A stretch of 64,000 nt of DNA, taken from NCBI GenBank assembly GCA_944388755.1, contig CALXJY010000002.1, forward strand, positions 4,179-68,178, read 5' to 3'. This stretch comes from an uncultured Clostridia bacterium. GTDB taxonomy: Bacteria > Bacillota > Clostridia > TANB77 > CAG-508. Of the stretch, positions 1-10,462 are shown piece by piece. The first letter of the stretch is position 1; each line of letters begins with the position of its first letter. The translations under genes were made by a program, and so were the position numbers. Under the pieces are notes generated by a model that was given only the letters and a program-made list of their open reading frames with translations, was not told the origin of the DNA and made no database searches.

Positions 1-269
1 GGGTCATTTTTCTTTTTACTTTTTCCATTTTCTATAGCATATAATATGTCATAGCTTGTAGCAAGCTCACTATTATTTCCACAATTTCTATATATAAAAT
101 CATATAAAACATCTTGTAAGCATTTTCTTTCATCTCTATTTTTATCTGTACTATCTATTTTTAATGGTAAACTGATATTATTTTTATAACAATAATATTC
201 TCTTTGAAATCTTAATTCTTCCCCTATAGAAGAAATTTTTTTTGTTCTCGGATTAAATTGATTTTTCAT
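1..269 (-). CDS. hypothetical protein, 5' portion only (runs off window start); start ATG at 267-269 with GGAG RBS
   Basis: My own translation of the minus strand gives MKNQFNPRTKKISSIGEELRFQREYYCYK..., open to the window edge. Not in the ORF track because it is truncated. Confidence 0.45.
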   Translation of the reverse strand, partial: MKNQFNPRTKKISSIGEELRFQREYYCYKNNISLPLKIDSTDKNRDERKCLQDVLYDFIYRNCGNNSELATSYDILYAIENGKSKKKND

Positions 270-556
270 TATTATATCATCTCCAAAATTATTTTGTACG
301 TAGGGGATTCGACATTAAAATCCCTAACTGATATTATATCTATTTATGTGCTACAATATAACCATAGTAAAACAAGCACACATTGACATTTAGAAAAAAT
401 GTTTTTATAATTCTTATAATTAAAATGGTGCGTAAGTTTTGGTCGACCAACGCACCATATAAGGTTTACAAACACTTGATAAAGCGTTCGTAATTGCATT
501 ATAGCACATTTAGGAACTCTTTTTCAAGTACCAAAAATTTGAAAGGAGTTGGTAAT

Positions 557-2075
557 ATGGGAAGACGTGCAAAAGGCGAGGGCAGTCTATATAAGACTAT
601 ACAAAAACAGAAAAGACCAAAATTTGCAAGTAATGGAGAATGTGCTATATGTAAAAATTGTACTGATAGAACTGCTTGTAACAATAGACAAGGTTATGAG
701 AAATGCGAGAAGTGTAAAAACTGTAAAGAGGAATGTTTGAACTACTGTGATAGATTTTATTGTAAAGAAATCTGGGTAGGTCAAGCCACAATAAAAGGAA
801 AACATACTACTTTGAGTTCTCATAAAAAACAAGAAAAAGCAAAATCAAAAAAAGAGAAAGTAAAAAATCAAAAGGAGAATGGAACTTATATCTCAAAATC
901 AACTGTTACCCTATATGACTTATGTTCTGAAATTGTGGAAGATAGGTACAAGAGGAATCAAACAGGAAAAAGTGGTTATAGAACTAACAAAGCAACATTA
1001 AAAAGACTTAACAGTTCTTGGTTTGTACATATACCAGTTCAAAAATTACTAGATAGCGATATAAAGAAATATTTAGATGAATTAGTAGAAGAATCTGACT
1101 CACTTATTAAAAAAGATTATGGACTAATTAATCGTGCCTTTGATAGGGCTACTCCAACAATTATATTAAAGAATCCATTTGATAGAGAAGAATTTTCAAG
1201 ACCTCGTAGTAAAAAGCCTAAAAAGAAAGTTCGAGCTTTTACAGTTAAAGAACAACAAAAATTCATACATACTTTAAAAGATGAAGAAGTACAACATAGG
1301 TATAAGTGGGCTTGGTTTTTATCTTTATATACAGGAATGAGAATTCGGAGAGGTACTAGCACTTGATAAGGATAAGGATATAGACTGGGAAAGCTACAAA
1401 ATAGATGTGAATAATACACTAACTAAAGATGAAAACGATAATGTGTATTTAGGGGATAGAACCAAAACATATACAGGTATGCGTACTATAAATATGGACG
1501 CAATGATTATATATATTTTACAACAAGCATTAAAAGAATTTATCCCTAATCCGAATAATTTATTGTTTTGTAGAGAGAATGGAGATTTAATCAACGAGGG
1601 AGCTTCTAATAGTGCATTTAAAAGATTTTGTGATAAACATAATATAACTAATAAGAAAGATGTAAATCAACATTTATTAAGACATACCTATGCTACTCGA
1701 AAAATTGAGGGTGGTATGCCTGCCGAAATTCTAATGGTTATTCTAGGACATAAAGATGTAGAAACAACACTTAATACATATTTTGACGCATTTGCTGAAT
1801 ATAGAAACGTATATGAAGAACAAACATATAATTATTATGAATTACAAGGCTTAACATTTGATGTAGTAAATAAAGAATTTATAATTTTACAAGAATTAAA
1901 TAATATATTAGAGAAAGCTAATAGTAGTCATTTAGAAGAAATAGAAAAAAATAAAATTATTCAAGTTGTAGAAAATGTTATAAAAAAATACAATAAACAA
2001 GAAGACGAAGAATTGGAAGAAATCAACGAAAATGCTAGCTCAAATATTATAATGTTTCCTGCATTATGCAAATAA
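557..2075 (+). pseudogene. tyrosine-type site-specific integrase (phage/ICE integrase), disrupted by a single frameshift near 1340-1370
   Basis: N-terminal MGRRAKGEGSLYK motif typical of Firmicutes phage/ICE integrases. The second ORF (1407-2075) carries the HLLRHTYAT and LGHKDVETTLNTY catalytic motifs (R..H..R...Y). Shifting frame at GMRI|GEVLALDKDKDIDW restores the conserved LYTGMRIGE..L.W.DID box. A Cys-rich insertion (11 Cys in about 45 aa) lies in the N-terminal arm. Confidence 0.8.
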
Positions 2076-2360
2076 AAAGTTTTAAAATATCAAGTTTTTT
2101 AATTAAAATATATTACAAAAATTGTTTTAAAAATGTTTTAAAAAATTATAATCTTTTGTAAGTATATTGAAATCAACAAAAACTTGATATTTTTTTAATG
2201 CAATTATAATGCGTATGAAATTAAAATTAGAAAAATTATAATGCAATTATAATGCAACTGTGAAATATTATGGGATATTTTTAGATATTTTCGGATAAAG
2301 TTATGCACTTTTGTAAATAGTTCCAAAAGCTGATATATAGCTGAAAGTGGCTATTTTGAA

Positions 2361-2396
2361 GCAAAAAAAGAAATTACCCTTTTTTGAGTAATTTCT
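2361..2396 (-). terminator. rho-independent terminator downstream of tRNA-Pro
   Basis: 8-bp stem GAAATTAC/GTAATTTC with a 10-nt loop, followed on the minus strand by a T7 tract. Confidence 0.6.
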
Positions 2397-2404
2397 ATAA
2401 AAAA

Positions 2405-2480
2405 TGGTCGAGGCGACAGGGATCGAACCTGCGACCTCATGGTCCCAAACCACGCGCGCTACCAACTGCGCTACGCCTCG
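2405..2480 (-). tRNA. tRNA-Pro (anticodon UGG), CCA encoded
   Basis: Manual fold of the reverse complement: acceptor CGAGGCG/CGCCTCG, anticodon stem CGTGG/CCATG, loop TTTGGGA, T-loop TTCGATC, 3' ACCA. Confidence 0.85.
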
Positions 2481-2801
2481 ATAAAATTAATACTTATATA
2501 TTTTAGCATAAAATTTAAAGATTTGCAACAATTTTTTGTAAATTTTTAAAAATTGTTGCAAACATAATAAAAAATTGCTTTATAATACACTTATACTAAA
2601 TCAATAAATATTGTAAATTCATTTATACTATAATAAATCAAGATTTATTATTATGAATTTTTGTAGCCTCTTTAATAGCATCAGAATATCCTGTAAGAGT
2701 GGAAAAAGGAGCAAATTGAGCAGCCCTTGCTTCCAAAGACATATGAGGATGCTTTTTAGAAACAAAATGTGGTAAATTAATAATATCATCATAATTATTT
2801 T

Positions 2802-4317
2802 TCATTTACTATGACCTCCAATCTGCATATTTCTGCTAATAGTAGTACCACCATCTTGTAAATTCATACCTTTAATAATAGCATTTTTGCCATATTTTTT
2901 CTTAATATTAATAACAGCTTTTTGTAATTCTTTTTCTGATTGCTCAGCTAATTGGTTTTCCACTTTTTGTTTATAATCTGTGAATAAGTCAATCTGTTCA
3001 TAATGATTATATGCATTTACTGATAAAAAATCAATTACATTATTAGCTGTAATATTAATTCTTCTTACTAAAAGATTTTTATTAATAATTTTATTATATA
3101 ATTTTTCTACTGCAATCATAATAATTTTTGTAGATGAAGTCTTATGATCCAAATTTATTGTACCGATGAGCATGTTTGGGAATTTTACGACCATATCTAT
3201 CTATAGTAATGTCACCTTTATATAAATTGCTTATTTGTGAATTTGTCAAATTTTCTACATCATATCCTATAGTAAGTACAATTTGGTCTGTTACTAGATT
3301 TTTTTCAACTAAATCAAGTGAAAGTAATTCAGCCATTTCTTTAACTATGAGTTCGGTTTTTTTATAATCATATGGACAATGAAGCACTTGACCTGAACAA
3401 ATACTATTAGTAGATGGCTTGTATGACTTAATTTGTTTAATAGTACAAGGTTCATAACCCCAAGCATGATCAATTAAAAGCTCTGCATTAACACCAAATA
3501 ATTTATATAATAAATCTTCATTATTTAAAGAAGTTCTAGCAATATCACCCATTGTATAAATTCTGTGTTCCTCAAGTCTATTAGAATAACCTTTTCCAAC
3601 TCTCCAAAAATCTGTTAAAGGTCGATGATTCCATAATAATTTTCTATAAGTTAATTCATCTAAACCAGCAATTCTAACTCCATTTTTATTAGGTTCGACA
3701 TGTTTGGCAACAATATCCATGGCAACCTTACAAAGGTAAAGATTAGTGCCAATTCCAGCAGTAGCAGTTATACCAGTATTTTCATAAATATCTTGAACTA
3801 CTTTTGTAACAAGATCTCTAGCACTTAATTTATATGTCTTCAAATAATGAGTAATATCAATAAAAACTTCATCAATTGAGTATACATATATATCATCAGA
3901 AGAAAACCACTTTAAATATATATTATAAATTTTTGTACTATATTTAATATAATAAGCCATACGTGGGGGAGCAACTAAATATGTTAATTCCAAATCGGAA
4001 TTTCTCTTTAAAGCAATATTATCATATGATGAACCTGTAAAAGTTTGGTTAGGAGCATGTCTTTTTCTTTCAATATTAACTTCTTTTACTTTTTGCACAA
4101 CTTCAAATAATCTTGCTCTACCAGGTATACCGTAGCTCTTTAAAGAAGGACTAACAGCAAGACAGATAGTTTTTTCAGTTCGGCTACTATCTGCAACAAC
4201 TAAATTTGTTGTAATTGGATTAAGACCGCGTTCATTGCACTCAACAGATGCATAAAAGCTTTTTAAATCTATAGAAACATATATATGTTGTAATTGGTCT
4301 TGCATATTGAAATTCAT
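2802..4317 (-). pseudogene. Y-family DNA polymerase (UmuC/DinB/ImpB-MucB-SamB family), apparent frameshift near 3142-3194
   Basis: The 391-aa ORF has the N-terminal Y-family palm signature (VSIDLKSFYASVE, LVVADSSR). The overlapping 130-aa ORF in another frame carries the conserved C-terminal little-finger end KKYGKNAIIKGMNLQDGGTTISRNMQIGGHS. Confidence 0.75.
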
Positions 4318-4609
4318 CCCTTTCTAACTTCATTTAGGAAATACATTGAAATAAATTCGTCTAAAAATATTATAACACGTATTTATAAAAATGTAAACAT
4401 ATGTTTGTATAAAATATACAAAAAATTATAATTTAAATTGATATTTATAAAAAAAAGTGATATACTTACAAAAGAGTTGAATAAAGTTCTTTAAAATGAT
4501 TAAAATATCTAAAAGAACATTTAGGTAATAATTTGTATTAATTTAGCTCTAGGTTTATAGGTAGATCCTTTGAAAAAACCTAAATATATTATATAAGGAT
4601 GATTATATT

Positions 4610-6013
4610 ATGGGAGAAGAGTTAAAAGAAAAATTATTTTTAGATAATTCTAGTGGATGGAAGAATATGGATAATAATCAAAAGCAAAAAATATTTGATT
4701 TTTCAAATAATTATATGGAATTCTTGAATAAATCAAAAACAGAAAGAGAATTTATAAAAAGTGCAAAAAAGCTAGCAGATGAGAATGGATTTACAGATAT
4801 TAACAATAAAACTGAATTAAAAGCAGGAGATAAAATATATTTTATAAATAGAGATAAAAGCATGTATTTAGCAATAATAGGGACAGAAGATATTGAAAAA
4901 AATGGTATGCATATTATAGGTTCACATGTAGACTCACCTAGATTAGACTTAAAACCAAATCCTTTACAAGAAGATGGAGGCTTTGCATATTTTAAAACAC
5001 ATTATTATGGAGGAATAAAAAAATACCAATGGACTACAATACCCTTAAGTATACATGGTGTTGTTGTGAAACCAAATGGAGAGAAAATAGAAATTAATGT
5101 AGGAGAAAATGACGCAGAACCAATATTTACAATTACAGACCTATTACCACATTTAGCTCAATCTCAAATGGAGAAAAAATTAAAAGAAGGAATAGATGGA
5201 GAAGATTTAAAGCTTTTAATTGGTAGTATTCCATTTGATGATGATAAAATACAAGAAAAAGTTAAGCTAAATATATTAAATATATTAAACCAAAAATATG
5301 GAATAAAAGAAATAGATCTAACAAGTGCAGAATTAGAATTAGTTCCTGCTTTTAAAGCTAGAACACTAGGATTTGACGAAAGTATGGTAGCAGGATATGG
5401 TCAAGATGACAAAGTATGTGCATATACATCATTAGTAGCAATGATGTCTTTAGAAAATGTTAAAAATACTGCAATATGTATTTTATCTGATAAAGAGGAA
5501 ATAGGAAGTATGGGAAATACAGGAATGGAATCACATATGTTTGACTTCTTTGTTTCAGAGGTAATAAATAAAATGGGAATTAATAAACCAAATTTATTAG
5601 ATAAAATCTTCTGTTATTCAAAAATGTTATCATCAGATGTAGATGCAGGTTTTGACCCAATATATGCATCAGTATCTGACACATTAAATGCAGGATATTT
5701 AGGAAAAGGAATAGCTTTAAATAAATATACAGGTGTAAGAGGAAAATCAGGAGCATCTGATGCTAATGCAGAATTCGTGGCATGGGTTAGAAATATACTT
5801 GAAACAAATAATATTAAATATCAAATAACAGAGCTTGGAAAAGTAGATATAGGAGGAGGAGGAACAATAGCATATATTCTAGCTAATAAAGGTGTAGATG
5901 TAATTGACTGTGGTGTTCCAGTACTTTCTATGCATGCTCCATATGAGGTTACAAGCAAATTTGATATTTACAATGCATTTGAAGCATATAAAGCATTTTG
6001 GATAGCTGACTAA
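4610..6013 (+). CDS. M18-family aminopeptidase (aspartyl aminopeptidase-like)
   Basis: 467 aa. GSHVDSPRLDLKPNP motif and overall length/architecture of Clostridium M18 aminopeptidases. RBS present. Confidence 0.7.
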   Translation: MGEELKEKLFLDNSSGWKNMDNNQKQKIFDFSNNYMEFLNKSKTEREFIKSAKKLADENGFTDINNKTELKAGDKIYFINRDKSMYLAIIGTEDIEKNGMHIIGSHVDSPRLDLKPNPLQEDGGFAYFKTHYYGGIKKYQWTTIPLSIHGVVVKPNGEKIEINVGENDAEPIFTITDLLPHLAQSQMEKKLKEGIDGEDLKLLIGSIPFDDDKIQEKVKLNILNILNQKYGIKEIDLTSAELELVPAFKARTLGFDESMVAGYGQDDKVCAYTSLVAMMSLENVKNTAICILSDKEEIGSMGNTGMESHMFDFFVSEVINKMGINKPNLLDKIFCYSKMLSSDVDAGFDPIYASVSDTLNAGYLGKGIALNKYTGVRGKSGASDANAEFVAWVRNILETNNIKYQITELGKVDIGGGGTIAYILANKGVDVIDCGVPVLSMHAPYEVTSKFDIYNAFEAYKAFWIAD

Positions 6014-6030
6014 TTTTAAAATTAAAATAA

Positions 6031-6085
6031 AAGTAACATGATTAAATATTCTAAACAGAAAATTTGATTCATGTTACCTTTTTGC
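6031..6085. terminator. bidirectional terminator between convergent aminopeptidase and XRE genes
   Basis: 9-bp stem GTAACATGA/TCATGTTAC followed by CTTTTT. Confidence 0.5.
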
Positions 6086-6124
6086 TATAGAAAAAATCGA
6101 AAATTTTTATTATAACATATAATA

Positions 6125-6505
6125 TTATAGTTTATTTAATGCATCTAACATTGAGTTGATAAACTCTAATTTATCGGCTGGTAATTTACTGATTTTTTCT
6201 GATATTTCAATTTGTTGTTTTGCTTCTTCATTTGTTATTAAATCTTTGAAAACAACATTTGGTACCATCCCTAATATATTCATATAATTTACTAACGTTT
6301 CCATTTTAACACCACTATTGCCGTTTTCTAATCTTGAAATATATTTCTCAGATATATCTAATTTTTCTGCTATTGCATCTTGTGTTAGATGATTTTTCTT
6401 TCTGTAAATTTTGAAAGCTTTTCCAATAACAGTATCAATATTAGACTTTACTTCCTCATTTGATTTTGAACTATTTTCTCTCTTTCCCATAAGCACCTCC
6501 ATCAA
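6125..6505 (-). CDS. XRE-family helix-turn-helix transcriptional regulator
   Basis: 126 aa. HTH_3-like segment LTQDAIAEKLDISEKYISRLENG. Confidence 0.75.
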   Translation of the reverse strand: MMEVLMGKRENSSKSNEEVKSNIDTVIGKAFKIYRKKNHLTQDAIAEKLDISEKYISRLENGNSGVKMETLVNYMNILGMVPNVVFKDLITNEEAKQQIEISEKISKLPADKLEFINSMLDALNKL

Positions 6506-6791
6506 TTATTTTTTAGTATAACAATTTAATTATAAATATAGAACAAATTAAAAATGCTATTATTTCCAATTGGTATAATATGAAGTAATATGTTAAAAAA
6601 TCGACAACCTTCGACAGTTTTTAGAAAAAAATCGTTATATTATTAGTTATACCCAAATCTTTTTAAATTATTATTGTGAGTAGAAATATAATTAAATGGT
6701 CATAATTATTGAAAAATAAATATTGACTTAAAAGATAAAAATAGTTAATTTGCAGAAACAGAAAAATATGTTTTTTGATAAAAATAATTAC

Positions 6792-6820
6792 AAATTCTAT
6801 TGACTCCATAAAAAAAATAT
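6792..6820 (+). promoter_or_regulatory. sigma-A-type promoter for tRNA-Ser
   Basis: TTGACT, then a 17-nt spacer, then TATAAT, ending 24 nt upstream of the tRNA 5' end. Confidence 0.6.
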
Positions 6821-6843
6821 ATTATAATGTAAAAGTAACTTAT

Positions 6844-6934
6844 GGAGAAATACCCAAGTTGGTGAAGGGGCTTCCCTGCTAAGGAAGTAGGTCCCGCAAG
6901 GGGCGCGAGAGTTCGAGTCTCTCTTTCTCCGCCA
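6844..6934 (+). tRNA. tRNA-Ser (anticodon GCU), long variable arm, CCA encoded
   Basis: Acceptor GGAGAAA/TTTCTCC, anticodon stem CTTCC/GGAAG, loop CTGCTAA, long variable arm, T-loop TTCGAGT, discriminator G plus CCA. Confidence 0.85.
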
Positions 6935-6940
6935 TTTAAT

Positions 6941-6972
6941 GGGATGTTTTCGTAACATCCTTTTTTGTACAC
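6941..6972 (+). terminator. rho-independent terminator after tRNA-Ser
   Basis: GGATGTT/AACATCC stem, 5-nt loop, then TTTTTTG. Confidence 0.65.
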
Positions 6973-7049
6973 AAATTAATGGAAACCCAAAGAGAGAAGT
7001 TAAATGATTGTAATTTATAAAAAGAAAATATATAGCTTGTGAGGTAAAA

Positions 7050-7583
7050 ATGAAAAGAATTTTTAACAAATTGTTAGTAATATCTTTAGTTTGTAGTATT
7101 TTATCTGTATTATTATGTATTATTTCAATAGGAAATTTTGATAGTTATACATTAGATGCAATAGATGAAATGCAAAGTAATATTAATACTGATGATGTAA
7201 GTGGTTATGCTAATTTAATGAAAGTTTCTTTATCTATGTTTTTAGATGTGGGTGGAATTTTAGGATATTTTATATTTGTTGTTCTTATTCCAGGTTTGAT
7301 ATTGTTTGTAATTGTGATTTTGCAGGCTTTTGCTAGATTATTTCAGATAGGAAATGAAAAAAAGTGGAAAAATATTGTTAGCAGAATTTTATCTTATATA
7401 TCAATATTTTTTCAGGTGTTAGTTTGTATTGTGTTAATATTAGATTTCTTTAGAAGTTTAAGTGTAAATAAAATATTATTAATTGTAGTTTTTATTTTAA
7501 ATATTATTTCTATTGTAATGTTTTTTTACGAATTGTCTAACATAAAAAAATTGGAAGTTAATAATGCTAATTTAAAAAGTTGA
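7050..7583 (+). CDS. polytopic membrane protein, hypothetical (first gene of T4SS-like cluster)
   Basis: 177 aa with at least 4 predicted hydrophobic helices. Good RBS GTGAGG. Confidence 0.5.
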   Translation: MKRIFNKLLVISLVCSILSVLLCIISIGNFDSYTLDAIDEMQSNINTDDVSGYANLMKVSLSMFLDVGGILGYFIFVVLIPGLILFVIVILQAFARLFQIGNEKKWKNIVSRILSYISIFFQVLVCIVLILDFFRSLSVNKILLIVVFILNIISIVMFFYELSNIKKLEVNNANLKS

Positions 7584-7647
7584 ATAAAATTACAATAATT
7601 GTAAATAATAACAATAATATATAAATATGCAATGGAGAGGAATTTTT

Positions 7648-8328
7648 ATGAAAAAGATAAAAAAAGTTGTTATTTTTACAATTCTAGGAATAGGATTAAT
7701 TTGTAGTATTATTCTATGGCCTAAACCAAATGAAGTTGAAGCATTGTCTAAATATGGATCAAGAGGAAGTGAAGTTACTCAAATTCAAACAAAATTAAAA
7801 AGATGGGGATATTATAATGGAAATATTGATGGAATATATGGTAGCCAAACATTAGAAGCGGTTAAATATTTTCAGAGAAAAAATGGCTTAAAGGTAGATG
7901 GAATAGCAGGAGAACAGACTTTAAAGGCTATGGGGATAATGACATCAAGTTCAAATTCAACTGGTAGTACAACAAATTCAAGTGATTTAAATTTACTTTC
8001 AAGATTAATATATGGAGAAGCAAGAGGAGAGAGTTATACAGGGCAGGTTGCGGTTGGTGCAGTTGTATTAAATAGGGTTAAAAGTAGTTCTTTTCCTAAT
8101 ACTATTGCAGGTGTAATCTATCAGTCAGGAGCATTTGATGTTGTTTCAGATGGTCAAATAAATTTAACTCCAAATTCAACTGCAAAAAAGGCTGCACAAG
8201 ATGCTTTAAATGGTTGGGATCCAACATATGGAGCTATTTATTATTTTAATCCTTCAACAGCAACAAATAAATGGATATGGTCAAGACCAATGACAGTGAC
8301 TATTGGAAAACATAGATTTTGTAAATAA
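7648..8328 (+). CDS. secreted cell-wall hydrolase, SleB/CwlJ (Hydrolase_2) family with an N-terminal peptidoglycan-binding-like repeat
   Basis: Signal peptide present. The PG_binding_1-like segment is SRGSEVTQIQTKLKRWGYYNGNIDGIYGSQTLEAVKYFQRKNGLKVDGIAG. The C-terminal half is about 80% identical to the sleB product at 60130-60612 (ARGE.Y.GQVAVGAV.LNRV...FPNTI.GVIYQSGAF...DGQINL). Confidence 0.8.
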   Translation: MKKIKKVVIFTILGIGLICSIILWPKPNEVEALSKYGSRGSEVTQIQTKLKRWGYYNGNIDGIYGSQTLEAVKYFQRKNGLKVDGIAGEQTLKAMGIMTSSSNSTGSTTNSSDLNLLSRLIYGEARGESYTGQVAVGAVVLNRVKSSSFPNTIAGVIYQSGAFDVVSDGQINLTPNSTAKKAAQDALNGWDPTYGAIYYFNPSTATNKWIWSRPMTVTIGKHRFCK

Positions 8329-8330
8329 AA

Positions 8331-8366
8331 AAAGTGAGAATATACTAGCTTCTCACTTTTTAATCT
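8331..8366. terminator. bidirectional terminator
   Basis: GTGAGAA/TTCTCAC stem flanked by A5 and T5 tracts, between convergent genes. Confidence 0.55.
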
Positions 8367-8403
8367 TATTATTTAGATAGAATATATTGCATATAATTTT
8401 TTT

Positions 8404-9124
8404 TTATACTGTTTGCAATATTGTTACAACAATTTTCCATATTCCAAATGAGCCAAAGATTACAACACAGCTGACTACATAAGTTATAAGCATTTTCTTT
8501 ACTTCTGCTTTTCCTTCTACACTTGATAGTATAAACTTAACTCCTAATACAATTCCTACAATAACTGCTAACCCAACACCTATTTGAAGAACAATATTAT
8601 ATATATCTCCAAATTGTGTTTGGAAATCTTGAATATCTAATTTATCATTTGAACCATCTGCAACAAACTTATCTGCGTCAGTCATTGATTGTTCTAGTCC
8701 ATCATCATAGGTATCATCTCGAGATAGTTTTGAAGGTTGTTTGTATATTTTTGGAGCATCTGGATCTCCTATATGGCCTAATATATCACTTATTGCATCT
8801 AATTCACCTTTTTGCACTGCTGGTTTTCCGAAAAGACCTCCTTCATATATTCCTTCTCCGATAGAGCCCTAGCCAATCATTAATTTCGTTTTCTCTATCT
8901 TTTAGTGCGTTTTGATATTCAGTTCTATTATCATCTTTTTCAATCTTAGCATCTAAGTCATCTAATATTTTTTGCTTTTCAGTATCATCTTTGGCATTGA
9001 TATAACTATCTATAAGAGACTCAATGTCAACTGCGTAAACACTGACTTGAATAAGTAATATTAAACATAAGAAAACAGATAAAATTTTAAAAAATTTTGT
9101 TTTATTCATAATAGAACCTCCCAT
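8404..9124 (-). pseudogene. degenerate paralog of the extended VirB2/TrbC-like pilin gene at 9386-10180 (split into 93-aa signal-peptide part and 137-aa pilin-domain part)
   Basis: The two minus-strand ORFs lie in different frames. The C-terminal 100 aa are about 95% identical to the C-terminus of the 9386-10180 product (about 92% nt identity over roughly 310 bp in inverted orientation). The N-terminal part has its own signal peptide, MNKTKFFKILSVFLCLILLIQVSVYA. Confidence 0.65.
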
Positions 9125-9385
9125 CTATGTGAATGTATAAGTTTTAATATGTATAATTTTAGTTAAGTATGTGTTATAATAAACTTGAACTTTATTAAGT
9201 ACTATAATTAATAAAAATTGTTCCCTATCTAAAATATAACATAAATAGACAAAAATAGCAATACTTACAATAATAGATATAATTATAATTTATACATGAA
9301 GGCATAATCCTTAGAATAATAAGTATTTCAAAAATCTTATTTGACAATTAGTTTGCTATAGAAACATAGAGTGGAGGCGATTTTA

Positions 9386-10180
9386 ATGAAAAAATATATG
9401 TTATTAAAAATAATTTTAATGGCAATAATAATAGTATTTGTATTACAGTGTAGTGTATATGCTGATACTGTTACGGCAAAGGATTTAGTAAATTTATTTA
9501 GTGAAGGTTGGGAAGAGAAGTATGATCCTGAAACTGCAGCTTTAACAGAAACAAGCATCAATAATATAGTTGGTCAAGAAGTACTTGAAAAAATAGATAA
9601 GGATTATAAAAATATAAAAATTACCGATGATGATATTGATGATTTAACAAAAAATGAAAAATTAATGCTTTTTGCGGCTCTTTATTGTAAATTAGAGGAA
9701 ATGAGCACAGAAGAGCAGAATGAGTATAAGGGAAGTTCGCATTTCAATTTTGATGCATTATATGAGTCTATAGGTGATAATGAACTTGATGATAAGTATC
9801 AAAATGTACTGAAAGAACTGTCACCTAATGTATACATGCAACCAAATCGAACGGGCAAGGTTAATGGCAATGTATTTGATGATGGATTAGAACAATCAAT
9901 GACTGATGCAGATGAATTTATTGCAGATGGATCTAATGATAAATTAGATTTAGAAGATTTCCAAACACAATTTGGAGATATATATAATATAATACTTCAA
10001 ATAGGTGTTGGTTTAGCAGTTATTGTAGGAATTATATTAGGAGTTAAGTTTATATTATCTAGTGTAGAAGGAAAAGCAGAAGTAAAGAAAATGCTTATAA
10101 CTTATGTGGTTAGCTGTGTTGTGATATTTGGTTCATTTGGAATATGGAAAATTGTTGTAACAATACTTCAAACAGTATAA
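9386..10180 (+). CDS. VirB2/TrbC-like pilin domain protein with about 170-aa N-terminal extension (signal peptide plus acidic domain)
   Basis: Signal peptide ending SVYA. The C-terminal 70 aa has two hydrophobic helices separated by a charged loop (..GVKFILSSVEGKAEVKKMLITYVV..). This is the same architecture and loop motif as the small pilin paralogs at 10463-11789. Confidence 0.6.
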   Translation: MKKYMLLKIILMAIIIVFVLQCSVYADTVTAKDLVNLFSEGWEEKYDPETAALTETSINNIVGQEVLEKIDKDYKNIKITDDDIDDLTKNEKLMLFAALYCKLEEMSTEEQNEYKGSSHFNFDALYESIGDNELDDKYQNVLKELSPNVYMQPNRTGKVNGNVFDDGLEQSMTDADEFIADGSNDKLDLEDFQTQFGDIYNIILQIGVGLAVIVGIILGVKFILSSVEGKAEVKKMLITYVVSCVVIFGSFGIWKIVVTILQTV

Positions 10181-10462
10181 AAATTTAAATTATAAAAAAT
10201 GGGAGTAGTAGTTTTTAAAATATATCCAATAGAATAAACACTAAAATAGTGATTTATTATTGGGTATATTTTAGTTATGTGCTACTTCTATTTATTTTAG
10301 ATGGAATTGTAAATGTCAAATTAAATAATTTTTCTATATAAATTGACAAAAAAATTAACAAATTGTATAATAAAATTGTAGGGTACAAAAATATTTATTT
10401 TGAAAGAAAATGGTTCTTTAACTATGTATATTCACAAAATAAAGTAAGAAAGGAATTTTTAT

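Noticed and set aside
499-832. Short ORFs antisense to or overlapping the integrase (499-684 minus, 549-740 plus, 587-832 minus)
   Set aside because: Low-complexity L/F/I-rich translations, no RBS, fully overlapping a gene with clear homology. Typical AT-rich spurious frames.
8720-9880. Shufflon-like invertible segment generating pilin variants
   Set aside because: Inversion between the two 310-bp repeats would only swap the positions of the same two N-term/C-term combinations. No site-specific recombinase is adjacent, so phase variation is not supported. Kept only as an inverted duplication.
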